DNA of 64,000 nucleotides. It comes from Macrostomum lignano. Its lineage: Eukaryota. Under the pieces are notes generated by a model, which saw nothing but the letters and a program-made list of their open reading frames with translations, had not been told where the DNA came from and ran no database searches. A program made the translations under genes and the position numbers. The stretch spans positions 1 to 64,000 of the forward strand of contig NIVC01002446.1 of the NCBI GenBank assembly GCA_002269645.1, read 5' to 3'. Each line of letters starts with the position of its first letter. Position 1 is the first letter of the stretch. Below are positions 47,270 through 57,821 of the stretch, piece after piece.

Positions 47270-49650
47270 GTCAAACATAGAAGAGCCAACATATCGAACA
47301 TAAAAGAGTTACCATGTCAAACATAAAAGAGCTACCATGTCGAACATTAAAGAGCTACCACGTCGAACATTAAAGAGCCACCATGTCGAACATAAAAGAG
47401 CCACCATGTCAAACATAAAACAGCCACCATTTCGAACATTAAAGAGCCACCATTTCGAACATTAAAGAGCCACCATTTTGAACATTAAAGAGCCACTATG
47501 TCAAACAATTAAGAGCCACCATGTCAAACATAAAAGAGCCAACATGTCAGACATTCAAAAGCCACCGTATCAAACATAAAAGAGTTACCATGTAGAACAA
47601 AAAAGATCCACCATGTCAAACATTTAGGAGCCACCATGTCAAACATAAATGTGACTTTGTGTCAAACATTAAAGAGCCACCATTTCGAACATTAAAGAGC
47701 CACTATTTCGAACATTAAAGAGCCACCATGTCGAACATAACAGAGCTACCATGTCAAACATTAAAGAGCCACCATGTCAAACATTCAAAAGCCACATTGT
47801 CAAACATTAAAGAGCCATTATGTCGTACATTAAAGAGCCACCATTTCGAACATTAAAGAGCCACCATGTCGAACATAAAAGAGCCACTATTTTGAACATT
47901 AAAAAGCCACCATTTCGAACATAGAAGAGCCACCATGTCGAACATTAAAGAGCCAACATGTCAAACATAAAAGCGCCACCATGTCAAACCTAAACGAGCC
48001 ACCATGTCAAATATTTAATAGGCACCATGTAAAACATATAAGTGACTTTATGTCAAACATAAAAGAGCCACCATTTCGAACATTAAACAGCCACCATTTC
48101 GAACATTAAAGAGCCACCATGTCGAACATAAAAGAGCCACTTTTTCGAACATTAAAGAGCCACCATTTCGAACATTAAAGAGCCACCATGTCGACCATAA
48201 AAGAGCCACTATTTCGAACATCAAAGAGCCACTATGTCAAACATAAAAGAGCCAACATGTCAAACATAAAAGAGCCAACATGTCAAACATTTAGGAGCCA
48301 CCATGTCAAACATAAATGTGACTTTGTGTCAAACATTAAAGAGCCACCATTTCGAACATTAAAGAGCCACCATTTCGAACATTAAAGAGCCACCATGTCG
48401 AACATTAAAGAGCCACCATGTCGAACATAAAAGAGCCACCATGTCAATCATTAAAGAGCCACCATGTCAAACATAAAAGAGCCACCATTTTGAACATTAA
48501 AGAGCCACTATGTCAAACATAAAAGAGCCAACATGTCAGACATTAAAAAAGCCACCGTATCAGATATAAAAGAGTTACCATGTAGAACAAAAAAGAGCCA
48601 CCATTTCAACAAAAAAGAGCCACCATGTCAAACATGAAAGAGCCACCATGTCAAACACAAAAGAGCCAACATGTCAAACATAAAGAGCCACCATATCAAA
48701 CATTTAAGAGCCACCCTGTCGAATATCAAAGAGCAACCATGTCGAACATTAAAGAGCCACCATGTCTAACATTAAAAGTCACCATGTTAAACATTAGAGA
48801 GCCACCATATCAAGCATAAAAGAGCCACCATGTCAAACCAAAAAGAGCCACCATGTCGAAAATTTAAGAGCCAAAATGTAGAATATAAAAGAGCCACCAT
48901 GTCAAACCTAAAAGAGCCACCATGTCGAACACTTAAGAGCCACAATGTAAAATATTAAAGAGCCACCATGTAAAACAAAAGAGCCACCATGTTAAACATA
49001 AAAGAGCCACCATGTAGAATATTAAAGAGCCACTATGTTGAACATTAAACAGCCACCATGTCAAACCTAAAAGAGCTACCATGTCAACATAAAAGAGCTA
49101 CCATGTCAAACATTAAACAGCCACCATGTCAAACCTAAAAGAGCTACCATGTCAACATAAAAGAGCTACCATGTCAAACATTAAACAGCCATCATGTCAA
49201 ACCTAAAAGATCCACCATTTCGAACACTTAAGAGCCACAATGTAGAATATTAAAGAGCCACCATGTCAAACATTTAAGAGCCACCATGTCGAACATAAAA
49301 GAGCTATACCATGAAGAACATTAAAGAGCCACTTTGTCGATCATTAAAGAGCCACTATGTCAAACAATAAAGAGCCACCATGTCAAACATTTAAGAGCCA
49401 CCATGTCAATTATATATGTGTCTTTATGTCATACATTAAAGAGCCACCATTTCGAACATTAAGGAGCCACCATGTCAAACATTTAAAAGCCACCTTGTCA
49501 AACATTAAATAGCCACTTTGTCGAACATTAAAGGGCCACTGTGTCAAACATAAAAGAGCCACCATGTCAGACATTAAAAAGCCATCGTTTCAAACATAAA
49601 AGAGTTGCCATGTAGAACATAAAAGAGCCACCATGTCAAACATAAAATTT
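47270..49650. repeat. 21-bp satellite (~2.4 kb) inside Helitron unit 2
   Basis: AAAGAGCCACCATGTCAAACAT-type unit. Confidence 0.96.
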
Positions 49651-49734
49651 ACACAATTTCAAACGTAAAAGTAAGCGAATTTTAAAGGAGCCACTATAAT
49701 GCTAAGGAAATTGTCGCACTAGCTACTTATTGTC

Positions 49735-50375
49735 TGGTGGATGCTTGCTATTTGGGGATGCTATCTATGTAGGGGATGCTTGCTATCTGGGGGATGCTTG
49801 CTATCTGGGGGATGCTTGCTATCTGGGGGATGCTTGCTATCTGGGGGATGCTTGCTATCTGAGGGATGCTTGCTATCTGGGGGATGCTTGCTATCTGGGG
49901 GATGCTTGCTATCTTGGGGATACTTGCTATCTGGGGGATGCTTGCTATCTGGGGGATGCTTGCTATCTGGGGGATGCTTGTTATCTGGGGGATGCTTGCT
50001 ATCTGGGGGATGCTTGCTATCTGAGGGATGCTTGCTATCTGGGGGATGCTTGCTATCTGGGGGATGGTTGCTATCTAGGGGATGCTTGCTATCTGGGGGA
50101 TGCTTGCTATCTGGGGGATGCTTGCTATCCGGGGGTTGCTTGCAATCTGGAGGATGCTTGCTATCTGGGGGATGCTTGCTATCTGGGGGATGCTTGCTAT
50201 CTTGGGGATGCTTGCTATCTGGGGGATGCTTGCTATCTGGGGGATGCTTGCTATCTGAGGGATGCTTGCTATCTGGCGGTGCTTGCTATCGGGGGGATGC
50301 TTGCTACCTGGGGGATGCTTGCAGTCTGGGGGATGCTTGCTATTTGGGGTCGATGCTTGAATGCTGTCTGAGGAT
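49735..50375. repeat. 18-bp minisatellite inside Helitron unit 2
   Basis: GGGGATGCTTGCTATCTG unit; a degenerate 20-bp relative at 39225-39460. Confidence 0.96.
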
Positions 50376-52343
50376 GCTTGCTGTCTTGGGATGTTTTGTT
50401 TTTAGAGGGAATGTCTGTTGTTGTTTTTTGAAGGTTTTATTTCGCTGTCTATTTGTTTTTTGTAAAAAACAAGGATTCTATCCAGATGTCCCCCATCGGG
50501 GGGCGAAGATTGCTAGTATTTGCTAAACAGTCAGTTAAGAATGATAAAATAGACTTCTAAAACCAAAGAGCCGAGCCGTGGCATTCTAATGTATTTCAAT
50601 CACAAGACACGTGAAAATATACGGAGAATAAAAAATTTACATAGAATCCTAATTTTCTGAACTAAAAGCTTTATAAATATCGATAGAGCAATAAAAAAGG
50701 CACAACATATCAAAAGATGAGCACTGGATCTGCCTCCTATCAAAAGTAATAGCAATTTTTGTGCTGAAAAAATGAAAATTTCCTATCTCCGTAGTGTATT
50801 TTTTCGGGAAAAAGTGCCTTCAAAAATTTTCTAAGAAACGAGGTTTCCCGTCCTTCTACTTAAGTCGTCCTTGATACTGCCACGCAGTCACTTGTCAAGC
50901 TCGGACAGCTAAAAGGGTAATGCATAAATTTCGACGGAAAGTTCTTGTGGTTTTCTAAAACACATGATTTCACTCACTCAGAAGCAGATATCAAGCAACT
51001 TTAGTCCCTAAAAAAGCTCTCGCCTCAAAGTCATCTGCCAACCTACTAACACTGATCATTTGCTGGCCTAATAAATAGGCCATTAGATCGGCCTTTTGGT
51101 TCTTCATCGGAGTGGAAGGATTTGTTTGCCAGAGAGTTCGACAGCGTTAGAATAGGTGATAATCGGATGGAGCGGTGTCAGGGCTGTAAAGTGGATGAGG
51201 CAGAATGCTTGATCACCTTAGCTTATTTCTATGGTCGCCGAATTTTTTAAAATGAAAGTAAGCGTAGTTTTGGCGCGGCTTGTCTAGTCGAGGCCAAGTA
51301 GAAGTTTACATTAGCGAGCAAATACGGCGGGGCGAGATGCTGCTAAACCATGGTTAAAGCCCAAGTGGATGCCAACTTAGCCCCTAAATTGAAGCGATCG
51401 ATGTAACAGAGCAGCGCTTCAACTGTAGCTCTAACTGTTTCGCTAGTAAGATTAACTAGCGAAAGTGCCGCTCTGATACATGTAACACCACTTCCATTTC
51501 GGAACTTAGTTGACATCCTCTTTAATGTTACTTTCACTAATGTCAGTAATTCCCGGGGTACGAGATAACCCCCGTGACTGCTCAACGAGCTTGGGCTTGT
51601 GCAGTCAGCCAGCAACGTATGAATGTAGGTGCGTCTGTGCTGCACCAATCGCGTCTCATCGACGATCACCACGGTAGCATATTTCTATCTTCTATTCAGT
51701 AGCATTTGTAGCATAAAGAGTCATGCATATTTAAGAAGCATTATATTATCATCGAAAGAGATTATCTATTGCTCATATTTCCAGCTAGGGTTTTGGTCAA
51801 GGCTCAGCGCTTTCCTTGGGCGTTCACGCCCATACAAGATTCATTCCGGCGCCGATGCGCGGCGTCGTTTCAGAATGCCGCCCAGCAGTCCGCGGTTATT
51901 CCGCTTCGAGTTGCTTAATTCGTCGCTTCCAGAAAGTTGCGCTCTTGTTCCACAACAAGACGACGCATCTTGAAAGCCCGAATACGAATGCAGTTGTTGC
52001 TACCAGCGTAGGAGGGAGCACACAGTTGTTGTTGATTTGCATCGGACGTTTGACATGCTCGAAAAACAAGTTGAGCCGCTGGCGGACGAGCGTGTCATCG
52101 AAGCGGCACTCTATAATAGCAGCGCCGGCCTGGTACGTCCAAGTGAACTGTAGCGCCGTTGATGACTCCAGTTGGCGGGCAGACAAAATCATCCACGCCG
52201 AATTAATCAACTTGACATTTTGTCAAGTGTCTTCTGGCTGACTTCAGCGACTTGGACTCTGTTGGTTAATGTTTTCTCCCAGACACTTGGGTGCGCCCTG
52301 AGACGCTGTTTTTATGACCTTGCAGTTTATGATCAGCTTTTAT

Positions 52344-52766
52344 TATAGTATTTGTCATGCTATCTCAGCCTAGAGACATCCAAACTCAGCCAGCCCATCT
52401 CAACAGTGCGATTTTTTACGTAAGCCAGTCAAGTTTTACCATAGACATGCTTCTTAAGGCCATGCTATCTCAGCCTGGGACATGCAATCTCAGCCACTTT
52501 TCAGATTCTTACTGACTTTTCTTGCTGCGTTCATTCATTGCTGTTTGTTGCCATTTCATGTCACGTTACAGAAATGATAGCATTGAGATCTGTTTGCAAT
52601 TGAAATCTATATTGGCTGAGATTGCATGTCCCAGGCTGAGATAGCATGGCCTTAAGAAGCATGTCTATGGTAAAACTCGACTAGCTCGAGCCAAAAAACG
52701 CATTGCGGAATGGGGCTGGCTGAGTTTGGATGTCCCTAGGCTGAGATAGCATGACAAAAGCTATAT
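52344..52766. mobile_element. MITE with ~145-bp TIRs
   Basis: TTTGTCATGCTATCTCAGCC...CATGCAATCTCAGCCA (52351-52497) is inverted at 52613-52758. Confidence 0.8.
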
Positions 52767-52986
52767 TAATCAGCCTTTATAGATTATAATTTATAAACCA
52801 TTATCGCAAAAATGCACTAAGGATGGTCTCGCCCACCGCCTGGAGCAATGTCTGCAGAACTTGCCCATCACAGAACGAGAGGCAGCATAGAAAAAACAGG
52901 ACAACATGTTGAAGTGAAATTTTTTGCTATTATTGAATTATAAATACGGCCTAGATAGAATATGTAGCAGTCTTTTTAGAAATCTT

Positions 52987-53180
52987 AGGCCGTATGCAGA
53001 AAGCTTAGTCCAGACTAGCTAGTCCGGACTTGGGTAGTTCAGTCTATAGTCTATGGTCCAGCTACCCTAGTTCTGTCTATAGTAGACCGGTCTAAATTTG
53101 TGTTTCTGCATACCAAATCCTAGTCTAGACTAGCTTTTCAAGACCGGACTACCCTAGACAGAGCTTTCTGCATACGGCCT
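52987..53180. mobile_element. 194-bp MITE
   Basis: Perfect 19-bp TIR AGGCCGTATGCAGAAAGCT; flanked by CTT/CTT (or TCTTA/TCTTA if the TIR starts at GGCC). Confidence 0.82.
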
Positions 53181-54455
53181 CTTATCTGAGGCTTGGTGCT
53201 TCGCATTATGGCACAAACGCATGTAAGCGTTGGATTTGAATGCAATAGCATTCGTCAGTATTTTTATGTTTGATGAACACTTTGTTCCTTTATCGTATTT
53301 TGCTTGTTAGTGGTGAAAGTAAAAAAACAGGTAAAAAAGAGAAAAGCGACAAGTGATTTGCTTTTGAGCACATTCAATAATTTTTCTGCTAAACGACACA
53401 AACTGCGATAATTCCGCGTATACTACTTAACTAGTAATTTGGTGCTACATTAGGCAAAGATAATAAATATACTAATTTAAACAGTGCTGATGTCTAACGC
53501 TTTTTTTACACAAATTTACTGTACAGGAGTTGAATATAGGACAGTTAAAATTGTACAAAGACGCAGCTAGACAGGCATTTATAGCTATACTCAATTTCTG
53601 GGCGTTGCGCTCATTAGAAAGAAGATACGAGCAGAAAGAAGGTACTATATATTTTTAGACATGACAGCTTTGTGCAAAGTTAGTTTTAGATCAGAAGTTC
53701 TCTTTTTTCATACGGTTTAAGTCTATGATAGCTCCTACATCGCAATTTTAAGCAAAATAATTATGAACATTGTTTAACCTAACATTGTTTAACTAATAAA
53801 AATAATATAATACTAGTATGATAGGGTTGGTTAGCCAGGCGGCCATCTACCAGCCAGACAAGTGTTACATGTAATATTTGGACCGCACTTTGTATTTGTG
53901 ACTGCTTCGTCACGTTCGAGTCTTTTCGCACTCACCGACGAGCAATCAACTTCATAGATTGGAAAGCTCGATGCTGTGACATGAGCGAGGCCAAGAGCAT
54001 AGAGTTGGAGCCTAGGATTTGCAGTTAATTTCTATGTATTTGCACTGTTCATGTATCTTACATTTACATGAACACATTACATGAAACTGGGGCTGTCTAA
54101 TCAATGTCAGCTGGCTGGTAAACACTGACTGGCAAATTTCTGGCTGGGAAAACTGCGTAGACCCTGTGCAGCTTTTTTTGGTTATTCAGGTACAGAAATG
54201 CAACGAAAATATACAAGTACAGCATCGCACAGCACCCATCAGCAGTTCCTCGTTCAAAGCTTCATGCCGATTAGCAAATAACAAACAAGCAAAAATGGAG
54301 GAAAGCGTCAAATCGGACACGATTTCGAACACAACCGCTTGGCCCAGATCTAACTCGTAGCTCGTACATTGGATACAAAAGCCAAACAGCAGTTGATGTG
54401 AACAATGTTCAAAGCTAAAATTATGAGCTTACAGTGCATCCAGTCAATCTAAAGT

Positions 54456-55829
54456 TTATTGGCGATCGCAACAATCGTAAAACTGTTCATAAACAAAACA
54501 GGTGCATTCGAAGCTGCAGTAATCACGATAGCGTTGCTGCAAATCCGTAACTCCCAGGCTAGTGTCGTGGATTTCGTCGGCAAAATTTTTTATCATCTCG
54601 CCACACGAGTTAAGCTGCCTGACCCAAAGTTCTACCTCGGATGCAGAATTTTGTGATTGAGGCGCGGAGCCATCTGTGAGCCAATTAAACGGAGGAATTG
54701 AGCGAAGCCAATCAAGAAACGGTTTCTTGATCGAATCAAATAAACTTATTTGCGTCTCATCCCTGGCGGGTGTGTAACTTTTCCTAAGTTTCTCGACATC
54801 AGTAATAGTTGTCTCGAAATCATCCTTGAAGCTCTGGACAGCGGATGAAAATTCGCCAATGGCCTGTCTGAACGAATCCAGCTTTTCCATGAATTCTGTG
54901 TGCTTATCCGGTGACGGGCTTTGTTGAAACTCCTGCAACAGCCTGAAGACTTCCCTGCTGTCCTTAGCATAAGTGGCAGCTGATAAGCGAAGTTGTACAA
55001 CCGAGTTTGTTATCGCCTTTGTGTTAATTCCGGAGATCTCTAGCTTCGGAGCTACGTGGTTCCACCTTTCAGCTATTATTTCTAAATCATTCGGGTGTAT
55101 ACCTTTTTGCAGAAGCGATAGGGTTCTTGCGTCTTTGATGAGTTTAACGGCTTTTTTGTAAAAGAGTGTGATTTCAAAAGTTTTTTTTGCTCCGGCACTT
55201 TTAAAATCAGCAAGCTGCGCCTCTTCGGGCAGACTCCGAATCTTACTAAAGGTTTCGTTGAACTTTTTCGCAGAGAAAATTATCTTATATGTGACTCTCT
55301 CCCAAGAGGCGAATGACTTGCTTGTTGATCCAAATAACTGTCCTAAAGCGCTTTTCTCTGCGTTAAGGAAATCTAAGAACTTTTCACTCTCCGCCTTTCC
55401 CTTTAAAAGCTTCTCTGTGTGCTCGGTTTTGCTTTGCTGCTCCAGAAGCCAGATACAAATCTCTAGTTGGCTGCACAACAGACTGATCACCTGGTCTTTT
55501 GAAAGCTCCATTACTTTATTAAGTAGTTCGGCATTCTCACCAAAGTCCGTTAGTCTGCTAAGAATATCATTGGCAATCTGTATGACTTTTCGAAGTTCCT
55601 GTTTAAATACGAAGAATTCCATTTTTTCAGGGACTCTATTTTCTTCCATTAGACCGTTGACCTGGATCTCAGCTACTGGCCTCAATATTTCACACAGGCT
55701 GGGTCTCACCTCAGTCAGCAGAAGTATGATTTTCAGTGCTGACGCGACAGCTTTAGCGTCGAATGACGGTTTGGGCTCCTCCGGCTTCGGCTCCGGCTCC
55801 GATGTCTTCTTGAACCATATATTGCCCAT
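54456..55829 (-). CDS. Intronless 457-aa helical protein of unknown function (paralog A), MG- start
   Basis: Uninterrupted ORF; first ATG at 55829 (MGNIWFKK), the track start at 55889 is TTG. TATAAATA on the minus strand at ~55937-55944. Homologous to 57822-59171. Confidence 0.82.
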   Translation of the reverse strand: MGNIWFKKTSEPEPKPEEPKPSFDAKAVASALKIILLLTEVRPSLCEILRPVAEIQVNGLMEENRVPEKMEFFVFKQELRKVIQIANDILSRLTDFGENAELLNKVMELSKDQVISLLCSQLEICIWLLEQQSKTEHTEKLLKGKAESEKFLDFLNAEKSALGQLFGSTSKSFASWERVTYKIIFSAKKFNETFSKIRSLPEEAQLADFKSAGAKKTFEITLFYKKAVKLIKDARTLSLLQKGIHPNDLEIIAERWNHVAPKLEISGINTKAITNSVVQLRLSAATYAKDSREVFRLLQEFQQSPSPDKHTEFMEKLDSFRQAIGEFSSAVQSFKDDFETTITDVEKLRKSYTPARDETQISLFDSIKKPFLDWLRSIPPFNWLTDGSAPQSQNSASEVELWVRQLNSCGEMIKNFADEIHDTSLGVTDLQQRYRDYCSFECTCFVYEQFYDCCDRQ

Positions 55830-56749
55830 AATATCTATTTTACTTTTGTTAGCAGCCTTGCAATGCAACTTGATATTGGTATGCCACAAAAGAGTCTGTG
55901 TTTGTTAAATAAGTAAGCATGAAACATCTCTCTCAACTTATTTATAAGTTAAGAGAGATGTTATAAGTAAAATGAGTAACTATCCAATGTACAATGGCTT
56001 CTTTGAACGTCGCATAGCTCGTAGACGATTTTTTAACGTCTTATTCGTATCGCTACTATGGGTAGCACAATGCGCTTCGTGTATCGTTTTTTACGAGCTT
56101 AGCTACGATAAAAGTAATTAAGCCAATCAAACTCACGGCTAAAACTAAATCTCTGCGCGTGTTTTACAAGTCTGAATTACGAGTGTGCTCTGCTATCAAC
56201 TCCCGCAATCAATCGTGAGCTTATGTTTTATGCATCGCAGCGGAATTTGATAAAATGCTGTGTAGGATGCAGTACGAGGCAGATCAAATGCAGTACGAGG
56301 TTCTTTACCAGTTACATGGTCAGTTTAAAGCAATTTTTTAAATATGAATACTCACGAGGAACAAATTAACGAAGATTTAGCTGAACATCCATGGTTTCAG
56401 GGGGACATGTGTGTTGCGGGCTCAAAGGGCGACAGTCGGAACGCAGCTGACCTGCAGCTGACCCCTGAAACACAAAACCCAAATCAATTTCTGTACATGA
56501 ATTCACAAACACATGACCGCTTGAAGAATCTAAACTGTATGGCCTTTTTGGCCTCTCTGCAGAGATAATAGCCGGAACAATTATCGAAAAATGCTCGTAA
56601 GCAGCACTACTTTTAGTAGCACATAATCAAACAACAGAAGAGTCAATCGCCCCAATTTACGAGCTAAATATCTAAAAATAAACGATGCATTTGGTTCAAT
56701 TTTGTTGACTAATAAACCAATAGTATATAGACTTTATATAGTGACTTTT

Positions 56750-56990
56750 TGAACTACATCTGCCGTGTCAGTCTGGAAGCTGGGCTGGGATCTGCACCCA
56801 AAAAAACTTTTTTGCTTCATCTCTGCTCGGAAGTGCAACAAACCGATTCGGTGAATTTTCTGTAGCTAACTGTGTACCCAGCGATTTGTCATTCTTAGCG
56901 TCGTAGAAATTGAGAAAAAAATCACCCCGTTAGCTGCTAATTGATTCGCTGCAGAATGGCACGACCGATTTTTTTAGGAAATATTGGGAA
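56750..56990 (+). repeat. Dispersed repeat, second copy at ~63698-63900
   Basis: AACTACATCTGCCGTGTCAGTC(T/C)GGAAGCTGGGCTGGGATCTGCA...GCAGAATGGC shared. Confidence 0.8.
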
Positions 56991-57264
56991 AGCTTTCAGC
57001 TAAAAAAATGAAGCCGAAAGTTGAGCTGCAGACAAAACGGTTAAGAACCGACTGAACTGCAACAAGAGGCCACGGACATGTCAATAACGCAGAGTGCATC
57101 CTTCGAGCACAATCCAGAACCCGTTGTCCTTTTTATCTATCATCGTGAAAATTTTAATAGGAACCTTTGCGATCTTGACAGAATATTTTATTATAACTAC
57201 TACTTATTAGTACTACTGTTTGATTAGGATGCTTAGAAGTGGTTCGATATATTTTTATAGCACT

Positions 57265-57465
57265 TGCAAAACGAATTTTTATCAAAGAAGCTGCGTCCAA
57301 AGTGAAATTTAAAGAAATAGCGTGGGAGCATAGTGTAGTTATTTTTGAGCATTTGTTTGAATCGGAAAAGACGAAAAAGCATTTCAACTTCTATTTCAAC
57401 GCATTTAAACAAAAACGATAGCCTAAAAACCTTCTTTTAATTTGAAATTGTAATTGAAATACGTT
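57265..57465 (+). repeat. Dispersed AT-rich repeat, second copy at ~61946-62165
   Basis: TTGCAAAAC(G/A)AATTTTTATC(A/G)AAGAAGCTGC...ATAGCGTGGGAGCAT...GTAGTTATTTTTGAGCATTTGTTT shared. Confidence 0.8.
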
Positions 57466-57821
57466 ATAGTTGGTCTCATCAAACACACCGCCCCACTTTC
57501 TGGCACAATTTGGCAAAAGTTCGGTTTCTCTAAAATTTCTGATGGGACAGGCCAAAGCCGTCGAGAATTAGGAGTCCGCAACCCCAAGGGGCTCCAATAT
57601 TGGTGTCTTGGTCTACTGGGTAGGTGCCTCTGTCTCTACCTGTCTCTAATAGATCTTCGAAGGCTAAGCCAATAGATAGACTACTAAGAGGTGGCAAAAG
57701 TTGAACTTCTAGAGCCAAACGGACCATGTTCTTTAAACACATACTCGTAAAAGGTTTCAAAACAGAATTAAGAATAATAAAAGTGTTCGAGTCAGGCTTC
57801 AAAACAGACAGACAAGGACAG

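Larger units (their letters stand above)
46653..50516 (+). mobile_element. Helitron-like non-autonomous element, unit 2 (head-to-tail with unit 1)
   Basis: TCCTATATACTAAAAATG begins directly after the CTAG of unit 1; ends CCCCCATCGGGGGGC plus AGATTGCTAG|T. Confidence 0.84.
40830..50873. mobile_element. Non-autonomous hAT-type foldback element (~700 bp when empty) split by a Helitron-like dimer
   Basis: ~230-bp near-identical TIRs beginning CAAGGACGACTTAAG (40830-41061 vs 50642-50873); 8-bp TSD ATACTGCC at 40822-40829 and 50874-50881. Confidence 0.92.

Noticed and set aside
47270-49650. Tandem perfect Kozak motifs (GCCACCATG) as a translation device
   Set aside because: The motif is part of a satellite monomer related to the neighbouring non-Kozak monomer, and the ORFs are short; coincidence is the simpler explanation.
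49730-50526. 213- and 261-aa Cys/Gly repeat ORFs
   Set aside because: Translations of the 18-bp minisatellite with non-ATG starts.
37666-50873. Autonomous transposase or Rep/helicase gene in the nest
   Set aside because: No long non-repetitive ORF or DDE/HUH motif is visible; all elements are non-autonomous.
55830-55889. N-terminal extension MWHTNIKLH... of paralog A
   Set aside because: The track start is TTG. The first ATG gives an MG start matching paralog B and fits the TATA position.
55168-55908. 246-aa plus-strand ORF
   Set aside because: Antisense shadow of paralog A.
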